Below are positions 34,231 to 43,557 of a stretch of 55,252 nucleotides of DNA, in pieces. The stretch is from positions 1 through 55,252 of the forward strand of contig CAZVFH010000003.1 in the NCBI GenBank assembly GCA_964626415.1. Reading direction: 5' to 3'. A model generated the notes under the pieces. It was not told the DNA's origin. It saw nothing but the letters and a program-made list of their open reading frames with translations, and searched no databases. The position numbers and the translations under genes are program-made. The DNA is from an uncultured Candidatus Saccharibacteria bacterium (GTDB lineage: Bacteria > Patescibacteriota > UBA1384 > XYA2-FULL-43-10 > CAINNR01). The first letter of the stretch is position 1. The number at the start of each line of letters is the position of its first letter.

Positions 34231-35419
34231 AGGTTTTATTGTAGAATTTGCCTTTAAGAATTTAATTAATCACCGTTTGCGAACTATCTTAACGTTGGTT
34301 GGTGTTATAATTGGAATCTCTGCTGTTGTTTTTCTCTTGGCTTTTGCTTTTGGAGTTGAGAGATTAGTAACGCTAGAAGTAACTGGTGGCGACGCTTTTA
34401 AGTTAATTGATATCGGGACTGGAAATTCGCAAATAGTCAAGTTAAACAACACAGCAGTAAATGAAATAGGAGCTCTTAATAATGTGCGGTTGATAAAAAC
34501 CACCACCAATGTGGCAGCCAAGGTAAAAGAAGGCAACAATACAATGGATGTGGCTTTTTTTGCTTCTTCTCCGGAATATTTTGAATGGTCGGGCATCCGT
34601 CCAAAGTGGGGCAAAAACATTTCGGAGGGCAAAAACAATGAGATTATGATAAACAGTAATTGTATTTCTTTCTTAAAGACAACACATCCGGAAGATGTGA
34701 TTGGTAAAACTTTGACTCTTGATTTAATTTTACCTAAGGAGTTGTTGGAAAATGGGAACAATAAGGTAGTGGCGAATCAAAAATTTTCTATTGTTGGAGT
34801 AATTCAAAACAATGCCACTCCAAGCATCTACGGCTTAAATCAAGTGCTTGCCGATAATAATGTAGTAAATTATTCACAAGCAAAGGTTGAAATTAACAAT
34901 AATAATAAGGTTCTTGAGCTGCGCAAACAGATTGAAAGTATGGGATTTAAAACCCAATATGTTGGCGATACTATTTCTCAGATTCAGCAGATATTCAATA
35001 TCTTTAAGTTAATTTTAGGCAGTTTTGGCTTGATTGCCTTGATCGTTGCCTCAATTGGCATGTTTAATACTTTAACCATTTCCCTTCTGGAACGTATGAG
35101 AGAAGTGGCACTGCTTAAAATTCTCGGTGCTCGCCGACGTGATATCAGTCGACTTTTTCTAACTGAAGCGCTAATATTTGGAGCAATTGGCGGGGTTTTA
35201 GGGACAGGTATGGGGATTTTGATAGGAAAAATTACTAACTTCGTTCTTAATATTTACGCCACACGCGGGGGCGGTGATGCAGTTAGTGTTTTTTACTTTC
35301 CTATTTGGTTAATTGTAACCAGCGTCATTTTTTCTATTCTAATTGGTTTATTAACTGGAATTTATCCTTCTCGTAGGGCAGCCAGAATCGCCCCGCTAGA
35401 TATTATTAGATATGAGTAG
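34223..35419 (+). CDS. ABC transporter permease, FtsX/MacB type
   Basis: TM1, a ~230-aa extracytoplasmic domain, then three TM segments with the FtsX-domain pattern (LTISLLERMREVALLKILGARRRDI). The start overlaps the ATPase stop (ATGGATAA). Confidence 0.85.
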   Translation: MDKGFIVEFAFKNLINHRLRTILTLVGVIIGISAVVFLLAFAFGVERLVTLEVTGGDAFKLIDIGTGNSQIVKLNNTAVNEIGALNNVRLIKTTTNVAAKVKEGNNTMDVAFFASSPEYFEWSGIRPKWGKNISEGKNNEIMINSNCISFLKTTHPEDVIGKTLTLDLILPKELLENGNNKVVANQKFSIVGVIQNNATPSIYGLNQVLADNNVVNYSQAKVEINNNNKVLELRKQIESMGFKTQYVGDTISQIQQIFNIFKLILGSFGLIALIVASIGMFNTLTISLLERMREVALLKILGARRRDISRLFLTEALIFGAIGGVLGTGMGILIGKITNFVLNIYATRGGGDAVSVFYFPIWLIVTSVIFSILIGLLTGIYPSRRAARIAPLDIIRYE

Positions 35420-35520
35420 ACATACAAATTCTTAATTTGTAAATAATTTTTCCAGCGACACGACCCTCCAATGAAAATAAAAATTTGTGGTATAGTGTAA
35501 ATATATCAAGAAAGGGCATA

Positions 35521-36312
35521 ATGTCTTACTGGGTTGTCGCTTTGGCGGCAGTTGGAATCGGATATATAGCTTTTGGATTCTATGTACTTGTAAAAAAGAA
35601 AGCTGATGCTATCAGTCGTGTTTTTATGTTTTTCGCCTTGAGCGTGGCCGCCTGGAATTTGTCTTTGATGGCGCTCGTTGGACGATTGGTCCAGTCAAAA
35701 ACCGCGATTATAGTGTTTGATCGGATCGCTTACGCCGCAGCTCCCTTTATTATTATGAGTATTGTTTTCTATTTAGTGAAACTTCGTGGCTTAAGCATTT
35801 GGCAAGAGATTAAAAAGAATAAGTTTTTACTATTCTTAATAGTTCTGGCAATGGTAAACCTGATTTTAGTTCCGACAAATTTAATAAGCAACAATCAAGG
35901 CGACAGCCATATGGTTGTCGGCTCATTGATGCCTTTGTTCGGATTTTTTGTTTTGGTTGCGTTAATTTACGCCGTTTACTTGTGCTACGACGGCTGGAAA
36001 ACAGGGCACGAGGATTCAAGAAGAAAATTTTGGTTTGTTCTTCTTGGCTTGATTTTGACCTCGGTTTGCAGTTTGATATTCGATGTGGTGCTTCCGATTC
36101 TCGGATATCAGTCCCTGCCAATGGTCGGAGCGCTCTCGACAATCTTTGTGGTTTGGTTTTTAGGACTTGGGGCGGTTGGCGTATATATCGCCGGCGGAGC
36201 CCTAGGGATAATCAGCAGTATCTTGATAGCAATCATTCTGTCCTCGATTCTTATCGGCATAGCGGTATTTATAATGTTTATTTTACTGGCGGGAATACTT
36301 GGCTCTGTGTAG
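35521..36312 (+). CDS. 7-TM membrane protein resembling the N-terminal 7TM sensor module of histidine kinases, without a kinase domain
   Basis: Seven hydrophobic helices and no soluble domain. An extended -10 (TGGTATAGT) lies at about 35497-35505. Confidence 0.45.
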   Translation: MSYWVVALAAVGIGYIAFGFYVLVKKKADAISRVFMFFALSVAAWNLSLMALVGRLVQSKTAIIVFDRIAYAAAPFIIMSIVFYLVKLRGLSIWQEIKKNKFLLFLIVLAMVNLILVPTNLISNNQGDSHMVVGSLMPLFGFFVLVALIYAVYLCYDGWKTGHEDSRRKFWFVLLGLILTSVCSLIFDVVLPILGYQSLPMVGALSTIFVVWFLGLGAVGVYIAGGALGIISSILIAIILSSILIGIAVFIMFILLAGILGSV

Positions 36313-36409
36313 TCATATCCATTCTATCCCTTGCAAAATCTAGAAATATTTGGAATAAATAAAATTTTTCTTCAATCCAACTAGCTCTGCTATTTTTTTA
36401 ATAAAATCG

Positions 36410-37083
36410 ATGGAAACAATTGATAGAAATAAGAAACAATTCAAAGTAAAACTAATCACTATATTTATTGTTGCGAGTTTTTTGCTGTCGTTGGCTTTGC
36501 CGTTTATTTTAGGGCACAAGGAAACAGAGGCAACTGATGGCTGGTGGGACGCGAACTATTTAAAAAGAGCAAGAATTGCGGTTACAGCCAACTATAACGC
36601 CCTGCTTCAAGGCGCGCCGGTTTTCAAATTTCAAATAACGGAACCGATTGGTATTGGTGGAACGGTTTGTCTTGGACTTCAACCACAGGCAATGACTACA
36701 ACGATGCTTCAACAATTAACTCAAACATCTCCTCATTTGCAACTCAAGTCGGAAGCGGCACTTTTTACTTTAAAACATTTATGCTAACCGACGGCACAGA
36801 GCAGGTCGATTTGGCCTCGGTTACCCTTGTTCATGATTTGCAGCTGACTGGCCTACCGAAGACCGGAAGTGACCATTTGGGTTTATTCGACCAAGAGTTT
36901 TCTCCGATTGCTACTGGCACATTGCTTGGTCTCGGAACTCTTTTTTGGGGGGGGGAAGATGGTTGTTTCTATTTGCCAAAAAGCGAAAAGGGATTAGCTA
37001 GAACTAATAGTCGAATTATCAGGAACTCAAAAGTTCTAAACCAAAAAGTAGAGGATCAATCAAGTCTCACATTTTTATACTGA
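36410..37083 (+). pseudogene. frameshifted remnant of a small LPKTG-anchored surface protein (paralogue of the C-terminal part of the 681-aa protein)
   Basis: Signal peptide followed by WWDANYLKRARIAV in frame 1. A frame change near 36600-36615 leads into GFQISNNGTDWYWWNGLSWTSTTGNDYNDASTINSNISSF..., then LPKTG. A G9 tract at 36947-36955 breaks the C-terminal TM/basic tail, and a G8 tract would read LFWGGKMVVSICQKAKRD-stop. Confidence 0.7.
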
Positions 37084-37128
37084 TCAACACAATTCAATTT
37101 TCTAGTTCCGTTTGATATAATAAAAACA

Positions 37129-39966
37129 ATGAAAGCAAAAAGCTGTTTTGGGGCGTCTTTGTTAACACTGTTTTTTCGGTGCTTATTTTTGGGTGTAATT
37201 ATCACACTTGTTGTTTTATTCGTACTAAAAGCTCAAAAAACTAAAGCCGCTAACTGCGGTGGAGCGGTTGTCTGTGCATGTGGGGATACAGTTACCTCAA
37301 GCTATACTTTAACCGGCAACCTGACTTGCACTGGCAATGGGCTGAGAGTCGGCGCCGCCGGTATTACTATTGATGGCGGGGGATTTACGATAACAGGAGA
37401 CGGGGGTGCTGATGACTATGGCATTTACAACCTCAGCGGCTACAGCGGAGTGACTATTCGCGATTTTGATAATATTACAAACTTCAACTATGGAATATAT
37501 ATAACTGGGGGAATAAATAATAATATACAAAATGTTACGGCCAATGCCAATAATTTCGTGGGAATTATTCTTAATTCGGGTTCAGGGCATACGGTAAATC
37601 AGAGCACAGCAAACAATAATAACTCGTATGGAATCCTTGTGAATTGCAATTCCAATTTTATTACAAATAATACCGCAAATTCGAATCTAGGAGATTTGGT
37701 AAATGGTAATCCAAATGCTGGAATATATTTAAATATAAATACTAATTCAAACACTTTAACTGGCAATACAACAGACAATAATTCGCAACATGGCATAGGG
37801 TTATTTCTTTCAAACAACAATACCTTAACGTCCAATTCCGCTTCAGGAAATCGCGTCGGCAATATTTCCAATATATCGCTATTGAGCACGGGTAATGCTA
37901 TCGATACCACCAATCTCGTTGAAGGAAAACCGGTATATTATCTGTCGAATATTTCAGACGTAATTTATGACGGCGTAAATGCTGGGATGTTCAACTGTTT
38001 TAGCTGCACCAATGTAACAATAAAAAACACAACGCTTGCAACGAATAATAATTATGCAATTGCCTTTAAAAACTCAACGGGTTCCGTCGTTCAAAATAAT
38101 ATAATCGCCAACAGTTATTGTGGCATATTTATGAGCGGCTCCGTAGCAACAATTTCAGGAAATTCCGTTAGCGGTTCGGACGTCGGACTGACTGTCTCAA
38201 ACGGAAGCGTGGTTTCTGGCAATACGATATTTTCAAATAAACTTGGACTCTCCGGTTCGGGATTAAGTGGCACAACCACTATAAGCAATAACCAGTTTTT
38301 AAAGAATGGAGTCGGCTATACCAACAGCGCCACGGCAGTTTTTCAAAATAATCATTTTTTTCACGACCTAAACATGGACAACTCATCATCTTCGAACAGG
38401 ATTAATATGTTGAGATACAGCGATACTGAAAGAACTTATAATCCAGGTGAAACAATTAATTTTTCGTTCTCGACACTTACCGCCAATGGCGTAGCCTGTG
38501 ACGCTGGAACTTGCAGTTATTCCGTTGCGATTAGCCCAACAAATAATTCTCTCTCAAGCAGTTTGGCTGGCGATACTGTCAGTGGCAGTTTTGTGCCTAA
38601 TAGGAGCGGTATTTTCTCTTTGTTGATTACTGTAACGGACGGAAACGGTAATGAAACAAAGAGAAATGTTGTATTTCTGATTGGTTCCACTTTCTCCTCA
38701 ACCACAAGATATTATTTCCGTTCTCAAAAGCCAACGCATAGCCAACCGAGGGGAAATGGGCTTGATACCAGCGTATTGAAACTTACCGCTCCCAGTTCGG
38801 ATGAGTTCAACTGGTGTTCTGGCTGGGTTCAATACTCCCCTGACGATATTCCCGAGTATCCGTTTTCAAGCATCTATAGCGTCGAATCACCGTTTTATTA
38901 TAAGCTCGCGCTTGATTCCTTTTTTGGAGTTCAAAGATATGTCGCCTATAATTCGACCTCTGATTCGTCCGTTTCGGTTTCATCCTCCCCAAACTACTTA
39001 TTAACAACAAAAACAATCAGCAATTTAAACTTTATGATGGATTATTTACAAAGCTGGTACAGCCTAAAATTATCACTGGGAGGTAACACCAGTTCTTTAC
39101 ATCCCCAGTTAAGATCAACCGCCTTGCTTCCGTCTTACACTGATATCACTTACTCCTACACCACTGCACCTACCATAAAAACATCCTCAAATAACGATAT
39201 TTTGATACTATCCGCTACAGCAACAGACGCAGGCAATACTGATCCAAACATTGTTTTGAATAATCCAACTTTATCTTCGGCCTCGACAACATTAACCTTA
39301 GATAGTATTACTCGGCCGTTCATTAATGGTACGACAGCAATAAATTCTAGCGGCAGCGCTACGGTAAGCGCTACTTTGGCAGCCGGGGCTACGACTACTT
39401 TGAATACGGCCAATATGGTTCTTGCTCCTTCTTCCGGCAGTGTTACGGTTGATATTGCAACATGGAACACTTCGGGAACTTACAGCAAGGAATGGACCGA
39501 AAATGGTTCGGCCGCTGGTATTACAACGGGGCATACAGTTGGAAATATGAATCCGAATACCAGTTACACTTTGTCTATTGATGGCATACTTGGCAACTAC
39601 TATGTTTCAAATGGATCGGGGGAGATCGCTTTCAACTACACTGGCGGGTACTCTGCCCATACTTTTGCCTTGGCGGAGGAAGTATTGCCGACATCAGATA
39701 TTGTGTCATCGTTAATCGGATCAACAAATGGCTCTGCATCGACTCCTTTAACTGCCAGCAATAATGACACACAAATTCCTGAGAAAACTGAAGAAAACGA
39801 TTCAGGAACGATTGCAACTACTCCAGCCGAAAATAAAACCATTGCCAAAAACATCGGTAAAAACTTAATGATCTATTCCAGAATAATTATCGGTCTCGGA
39901 GCTCTTTTTGTTGGGGGGAGATGGCTAGTTTTGTTTGCAAAAAGACGAAGAAGCAGAATGGCTTGA
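37129..39966 (+). CDS. surface protein with right-handed parallel beta-helix (PbH1/NosD-like) repeats and a C-terminal TM anchor
   Basis: Signal/TM segment. Repeated ~22-aa units (GIYITGGINNNIQNVTANANNFVGIIL, NSYGILVNCNSNFITNNTAN ...). C-terminal sequence NIGKNLMIYSRIIIGLGALFVGGRWLVLFAKRRRSRMA. Confidence 0.8.
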   Translation: MKAKSCFGASLLTLFFRCLFLGVIITLVVLFVLKAQKTKAANCGGAVVCACGDTVTSSYTLTGNLTCTGNGLRVGAAGITIDGGGFTITGDGGADDYGIYNLSGYSGVTIRDFDNITNFNYGIYITGGINNNIQNVTANANNFVGIILNSGSGHTVNQSTANNNNSYGILVNCNSNFITNNTANSNLGDLVNGNPNAGIYLNINTNSNTLTGNTTDNNSQHGIGLFLSNNNTLTSNSASGNRVGNISNISLLSTGNAIDTTNLVEGKPVYYLSNISDVIYDGVNAGMFNCFSCTNVTIKNTTLATNNNYAIAFKNSTGSVVQNNIIANSYCGIFMSGSVATISGNSVSGSDVGLTVSNGSVVSGNTIFSNKLGLSGSGLSGTTTISNNQFLKNGVGYTNSATAVFQNNHFFHDLNMDNSSSSNRINMLRYSDTERTYNPGETINFSFSTLTANGVACDAGTCSYSVAISPTNNSLSSSLAGDTVSGSFVPNRSGIFSLLITVTDGNGNETKRNVVFLIGSTFSSTTRYYFRSQKPTHSQPRGNGLDTSVLKLTAPSSDEFNWCSGWVQYSPDDIPEYPFSSIYSVESPFYYKLALDSFFGVQRYVAYNSTSDSSVSVSSSPNYLLTTKTISNLNFMMDYLQSWYSLKLSLGGNTSSLHPQLRSTALLPSYTDITYSYTTAPTIKTSSNNDILILSATATDAGNTDPNIVLNNPTLSSASTTLTLDSITRPFINGTTAINSSGSATVSATLAAGATTTLNTANMVLAPSSGSVTVDIATWNTSGTYSKEWTENGSAAGITTGHTVGNMNPNTSYTLSIDGILGNYYVSNGSGEIAFNYTGGYSAHTFALAEEVLPTSDIVSSLIGSTNGSASTPLTASNNDTQIPEKTEENDSGTIATTPAENKTIAKNIGKNLMIYSRIIIGLGALFVGGRWLVLFAKRRRSRMA

Positions 39967-40004
39967 TAATCTTTATTTTTCGATTTTACCAGTTTTTTAG
40001 TACA

Positions 40005-42050
40005 ATGAAATTGATGGGAAAAAGAATAGTAGTTATTTTTTGTTTAGTTTTTTTATCACTTTTTTTTTGTTTTGACAAAAAAACAACAGTGGCCGATAAT
40101 GGTACAACCCATTCTTGGCAATTCTCCTCTGCCTCTGATTTTACAATTTCTGACAGCTCAAAACTAAAATTTTCAAATAATTCTGTCAAAATAATACCGA
40201 CCGGTGCGGTATCGGACGGATATCAAGCACTCTATGACAGCGAATGGGGAGAAACAGCGTCAATTTGGGCCAATGCCGTTACTACTGATAGCAACGGTAA
40301 TATTTATTTTGCTGGTAATGTCAATCAGGATGCTGTAACTAATCCCTACGATTATTATGCATTCATTGAAAAAATGGACTCTGATTTCAATGTTCTTTGG
40401 AATAAAAAATATTTTCTTGCACCCGGATATAGTACTGCCCTTAAGGGCGGTTTCAATGATATCGAACTTTCCCAAGACGGATATTTATACGGTCTGACAG
40501 TTGGCACAACAGTTGTTGCCGGCGTTGCAACCTCAGCGACTGCGAGTTTAGTAAAAATCAATCCTTCTAACGGCGACATTGTCTGGCAAAAAGATCGGCC
40601 CAAGCCAGTGTGGGCTGGCAAGACCCCTTGGGCGGATACATGGGATGAGGGGAGCGGCCCGAGAATTGACAGTGAAGGAAACATTTATATTAGCTACAGT
40701 GTTGGTTGTGGCCGGAATAAAAATAACGGTCAGCAAATAGTTCCCGGTCCAATCACCATTGTCAAATATGATCCTGATGGCAACGAACTTTGGTCGGTGG
40801 TGGATGATTTAATCGAAGGTCGGACATTGTGCTTTACTTTTCCGACATATGAGGATTCGTGGGAGATGGTAGTTGACAGCGAAAATAGCGTTTATGTTGA
40901 TTCATCCTATTGGATCACGAGTGCGATCAACAATATGGGTTATGCCACCACTAAATATAACAAAGATGGCAATTTTCAGTGGCGGGACATCAAGGACTAC
41001 ACTGGTGACTGGGATTCACCCAGATCTCTTTCCATTGATAATGACGATTACATCTATGTTAATGGCAATCCCCCAATAAGCCAAGGGCTGTCGTGTAATT
41101 TAAGAAAACTGGGCAAAGATGGCAGTGTTTTAATTGAAGGACAGAACTTAAATCCCACCGGAACGGCAGCCGATTTTTCTTATTGTTGGGGTGCGGTAGT
41201 GGACAAATTTGACCGTTGGGTTTCGGTTGGAAACAATGTTGGCAAATTATCTATGGCATATTACAGAAAATCCGGGGAATCGACTATGGTTTTAGAATCG
41301 TTAATTAATTACGATTTGACAATGATGACCGGTACACAAGGATTACATAAGACAAGTATAGATAAATTCGGCAATGTTTATTCCGTAATGCCACGATTTA
41401 TTAACGGGAGTAGCCGCGAACAAACAGCAATTCTCAAATCCAAAAACACCTACCCCAACACTATGCCAGCTACCGGAACGCCGGTAACTTTAATCAATAA
41501 CACCGGTTTTGCTTATGAGACCCTGACGGCCTTTTCCATAGCCTACGGTGAAGCTGACCAAAATGACGCCGGCTTTCAGATTTCAAACAACGGAACCGAT
41601 TGGTATTGGTGGAATGGATCGGCTTGGGTTGAAACTACTGGTAATGATTATAACAACGCCTCAACCATCAACTCAAATATCTCCTCATTTTCAACCCAAG
41701 TCGGTAGCGGAACTTTTTACTTTAAGGCATTTATGCTGACCGATGGGACAAAACAGGTTGATTTAGCATCAGTAACATTAACTGCAGCATCAGCTACTAC
41801 TGCACCTGTAACTACTGTTTTATCAATCAAAAAAAAGACATCATATCTTTCGCCTCTAGCTATCATAGAGGAGTCAAAAATCGATACCGGAGCCATTGAA
41901 AACACTCCAATTAAAACAAAAACTTCCGAAAAATCTAATAACTTTGGTAAAAACCTACTGGTCTATTCTGGTGTAATTCTCGGTCTGGGGGCTCTTTTTG
42001 TTGGAGGGAGATGGCTATTTTTGCTCATCAAGAAGCGAAGAAGTAACTAA
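40005..42050 (+). CDS. surface protein with SBBP-like beta-propeller repeats, a shared ~75-aa domain and a C-terminal TM anchor
   Basis: Signal peptide after the ATG at 40005. Repeated D..GN.Y motifs (DSNGNIYFAGN, DSEGNIYISYS, DKFGNVYSV). NNGTDWYWWNGSAWVETTGNDYNNASTINSNISSF domain. Tail is NFGKNLLVYSGVILGLGALFVGGRWLFLLIKKRRSN. Confidence 0.8.
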   Translation: MKLMGKRIVVIFCLVFLSLFFCFDKKTTVADNGTTHSWQFSSASDFTISDSSKLKFSNNSVKIIPTGAVSDGYQALYDSEWGETASIWANAVTTDSNGNIYFAGNVNQDAVTNPYDYYAFIEKMDSDFNVLWNKKYFLAPGYSTALKGGFNDIELSQDGYLYGLTVGTTVVAGVATSATASLVKINPSNGDIVWQKDRPKPVWAGKTPWADTWDEGSGPRIDSEGNIYISYSVGCGRNKNNGQQIVPGPITIVKYDPDGNELWSVVDDLIEGRTLCFTFPTYEDSWEMVVDSENSVYVDSSYWITSAINNMGYATTKYNKDGNFQWRDIKDYTGDWDSPRSLSIDNDDYIYVNGNPPISQGLSCNLRKLGKDGSVLIEGQNLNPTGTAADFSYCWGAVVDKFDRWVSVGNNVGKLSMAYYRKSGESTMVLESLINYDLTMMTGTQGLHKTSIDKFGNVYSVMPRFINGSSREQTAILKSKNTYPNTMPATGTPVTLINNTGFAYETLTAFSIAYGEADQNDAGFQISNNGTDWYWWNGSAWVETTGNDYNNASTINSNISSFSTQVGSGTFYFKAFMLTDGTKQVDLASVTLTAASATTAPVTTVLSIKKKTSYLSPLAIIEESKIDTGAIENTPIKTKTSEKSNNFGKNLLVYSGVILGLGALFVGGRWLFLLIKKRRSN

Positions 42051-42073
42051 AAAAAATTAATAATCAAGACATT

Positions 42074-43486
42074 TTATAATTTCTCGACAAAAATTGGTGT
42101 GTCGGAAAGTTTAATACTGCCGGCGTCCATTTCTTGATTATCGCCGTAAATATCGCTGATTTTTACTTTTCCGGAGATTTCGGTCGGCAACTCCGCGTTT
42201 CCCCAAAGGATGTAAATCGCCTTGTTCCCGTTTATAAATTTATACTGGCCGATCTCTGAAGTCGTGCCACTGTTATCATCTTTTCCTTCGGTAAATTTTT
42301 CCTGAATGGTCTCTATCTTATCAAAAGAGTTAATTTTACTGACTAAATTCAAATAAACTTTATGAGTTGAATTGTTCGAGAGATCCATTTTTGTCTTTGG
42401 CTCCTTCTTATCTTTTTCACCTTCTTCCGGTGGCTTAAAGGCGTCGGGATCATCCCAAGTTGTCCAATTTTCAATGTAGAACAGTTTATCAGCGCCTTGG
42501 GCTAAGGCGAAAACAGATGATTTGGCCAGTATTTTGTCGAATTTTTCAATATCCTTCGGCTTATTCATTAGCTCCCCGAACTGAACCTCCGTCACCCAGA
42601 CCGGTTTGTTCTTGATCCCGAATTTCTCCAAATATTTCTTAAACTTCATAACATACATATCTTCTCTTTTCTCATCGGTATTGATGGTATGGATATTAGC
42701 GATGTCAAAGTAATCACCTCCATCGCCGGCAAATATTGGATTCCAAAAATCCTGAAAATTCTGTTGCATTCCCGCCATGCCGGCATGGGCAACCTTTGCC
42801 TCCGGATCAGCTTTTTTAATCGCTCCGTGCGATGCTTTTAATATCTCTAAATACTCCGCTGACGTTCCGACAAAGAATTTTAACTCTTCGCCGGCTCCGC
42901 CGATGCCACCGCCCTGCATCTCCGGTTCATTCATTATCTCCCAATATTTTATCGGGGTCTTGAGACCGGGAGCGTCATTTGCTCCGTCGCCATCATATCT
43001 TTCGACGACTTTCTCGACAAAGTCGGCATAGGATTTCATATCGCATGGCGCGCCGATTTTCAGATCTTCATTTCCGGTTTTTAAATGCCCGGTCGCTTTA
43101 TATTTATCTCCCTCACGACAAGTGTTTTGATCCCAATTGGCATACGGCCAGATCATGGCAATATGATAAACATCTTCCGAAAAATAGTCATTTTTGCCTT
43201 GAAGCCCCTTATCGATAGATGTCCAGTCATATTTTCCCTTTTTCCCCTCTATTTCATTCCAAATGATCGGGTATCCGCGCATCCAATAGGCGCCTTTCTC
43301 GCCAGCGACTTTCGAAAGATGGGTGGCTTCTTTTTCGGTATTTAATTTGAGCACTTGAGATTCCGTTCCAGGCCAAGTTATAGTTTTTTTGACAAGGTAA
43401 TTATTGTAAACAAAATACCCTCCAGCGGCAAAACCTAAAAGAATCAGTACCGCCGCAATGATGATTATTGCTTTTTTCTTTATCAT
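42074..43486 (-). CDS. membrane-anchored glycoside hydrolase, clan GH-A (TIM barrel), family uncertain
   Basis: N-terminal TM segment. YWEIMNEPE (acid/base NEP) and VWVTEVQFG (nucleophile Glu) lie about 130 aa apart. Confidence 0.6.
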   Translation of the reverse strand: MIKKKAIIIIAAVLILLGFAAGGYFVYNNYLVKKTITWPGTESQVLKLNTEKEATHLSKVAGEKGAYWMRGYPIIWNEIEGKKGKYDWTSIDKGLQGKNDYFSEDVYHIAMIWPYANWDQNTCREGDKYKATGHLKTGNEDLKIGAPCDMKSYADFVEKVVERYDGDGANDAPGLKTPIKYWEIMNEPEMQGGGIGGAGEELKFFVGTSAEYLEILKASHGAIKKADPEAKVAHAGMAGMQQNFQDFWNPIFAGDGGDYFDIANIHTINTDEKREDMYVMKFKKYLEKFGIKNKPVWVTEVQFGELMNKPKDIEKFDKILAKSSVFALAQGADKLFYIENWTTWDDPDAFKPPEEGEKDKKEPKTKMDLSNNSTHKVYLNLVSKINSFDKIETIQEKFTEGKDDNSGTTSEIGQYKFINGNKAIYILWGNAELPTEISGKVKISDIYGDNQEMDAGSIKLSDTPIFVEKL

Positions 43487-43557
43487 TTCCCTCCAATTTT
43501 ATTTTTTACGATTATATCTGCTGTTCCCTAATTTTTTCCCTTTGGAAATGATGGCTT

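Noticed and set aside
36865-36880. Canonical sortase system inferred from the LPKTG motif
   Set aside because: LPKTG occurs only in the frameshifted remnant. The two intact paralogues lack it, and no sortase gene is present in the window, so sortase dependence cannot be claimed.
36615-41790. Diversity-generating retroelement (Avd-like genes plus a pair of ~80% identical segments at 36615-36830 and 41575-41790 that could be TR/VR)
   Set aside because: Differences between the two segments involve all base types rather than adenine-specific substitutions. There is no reverse transcriptase in the window. The similarity is explained by gene paralogy.
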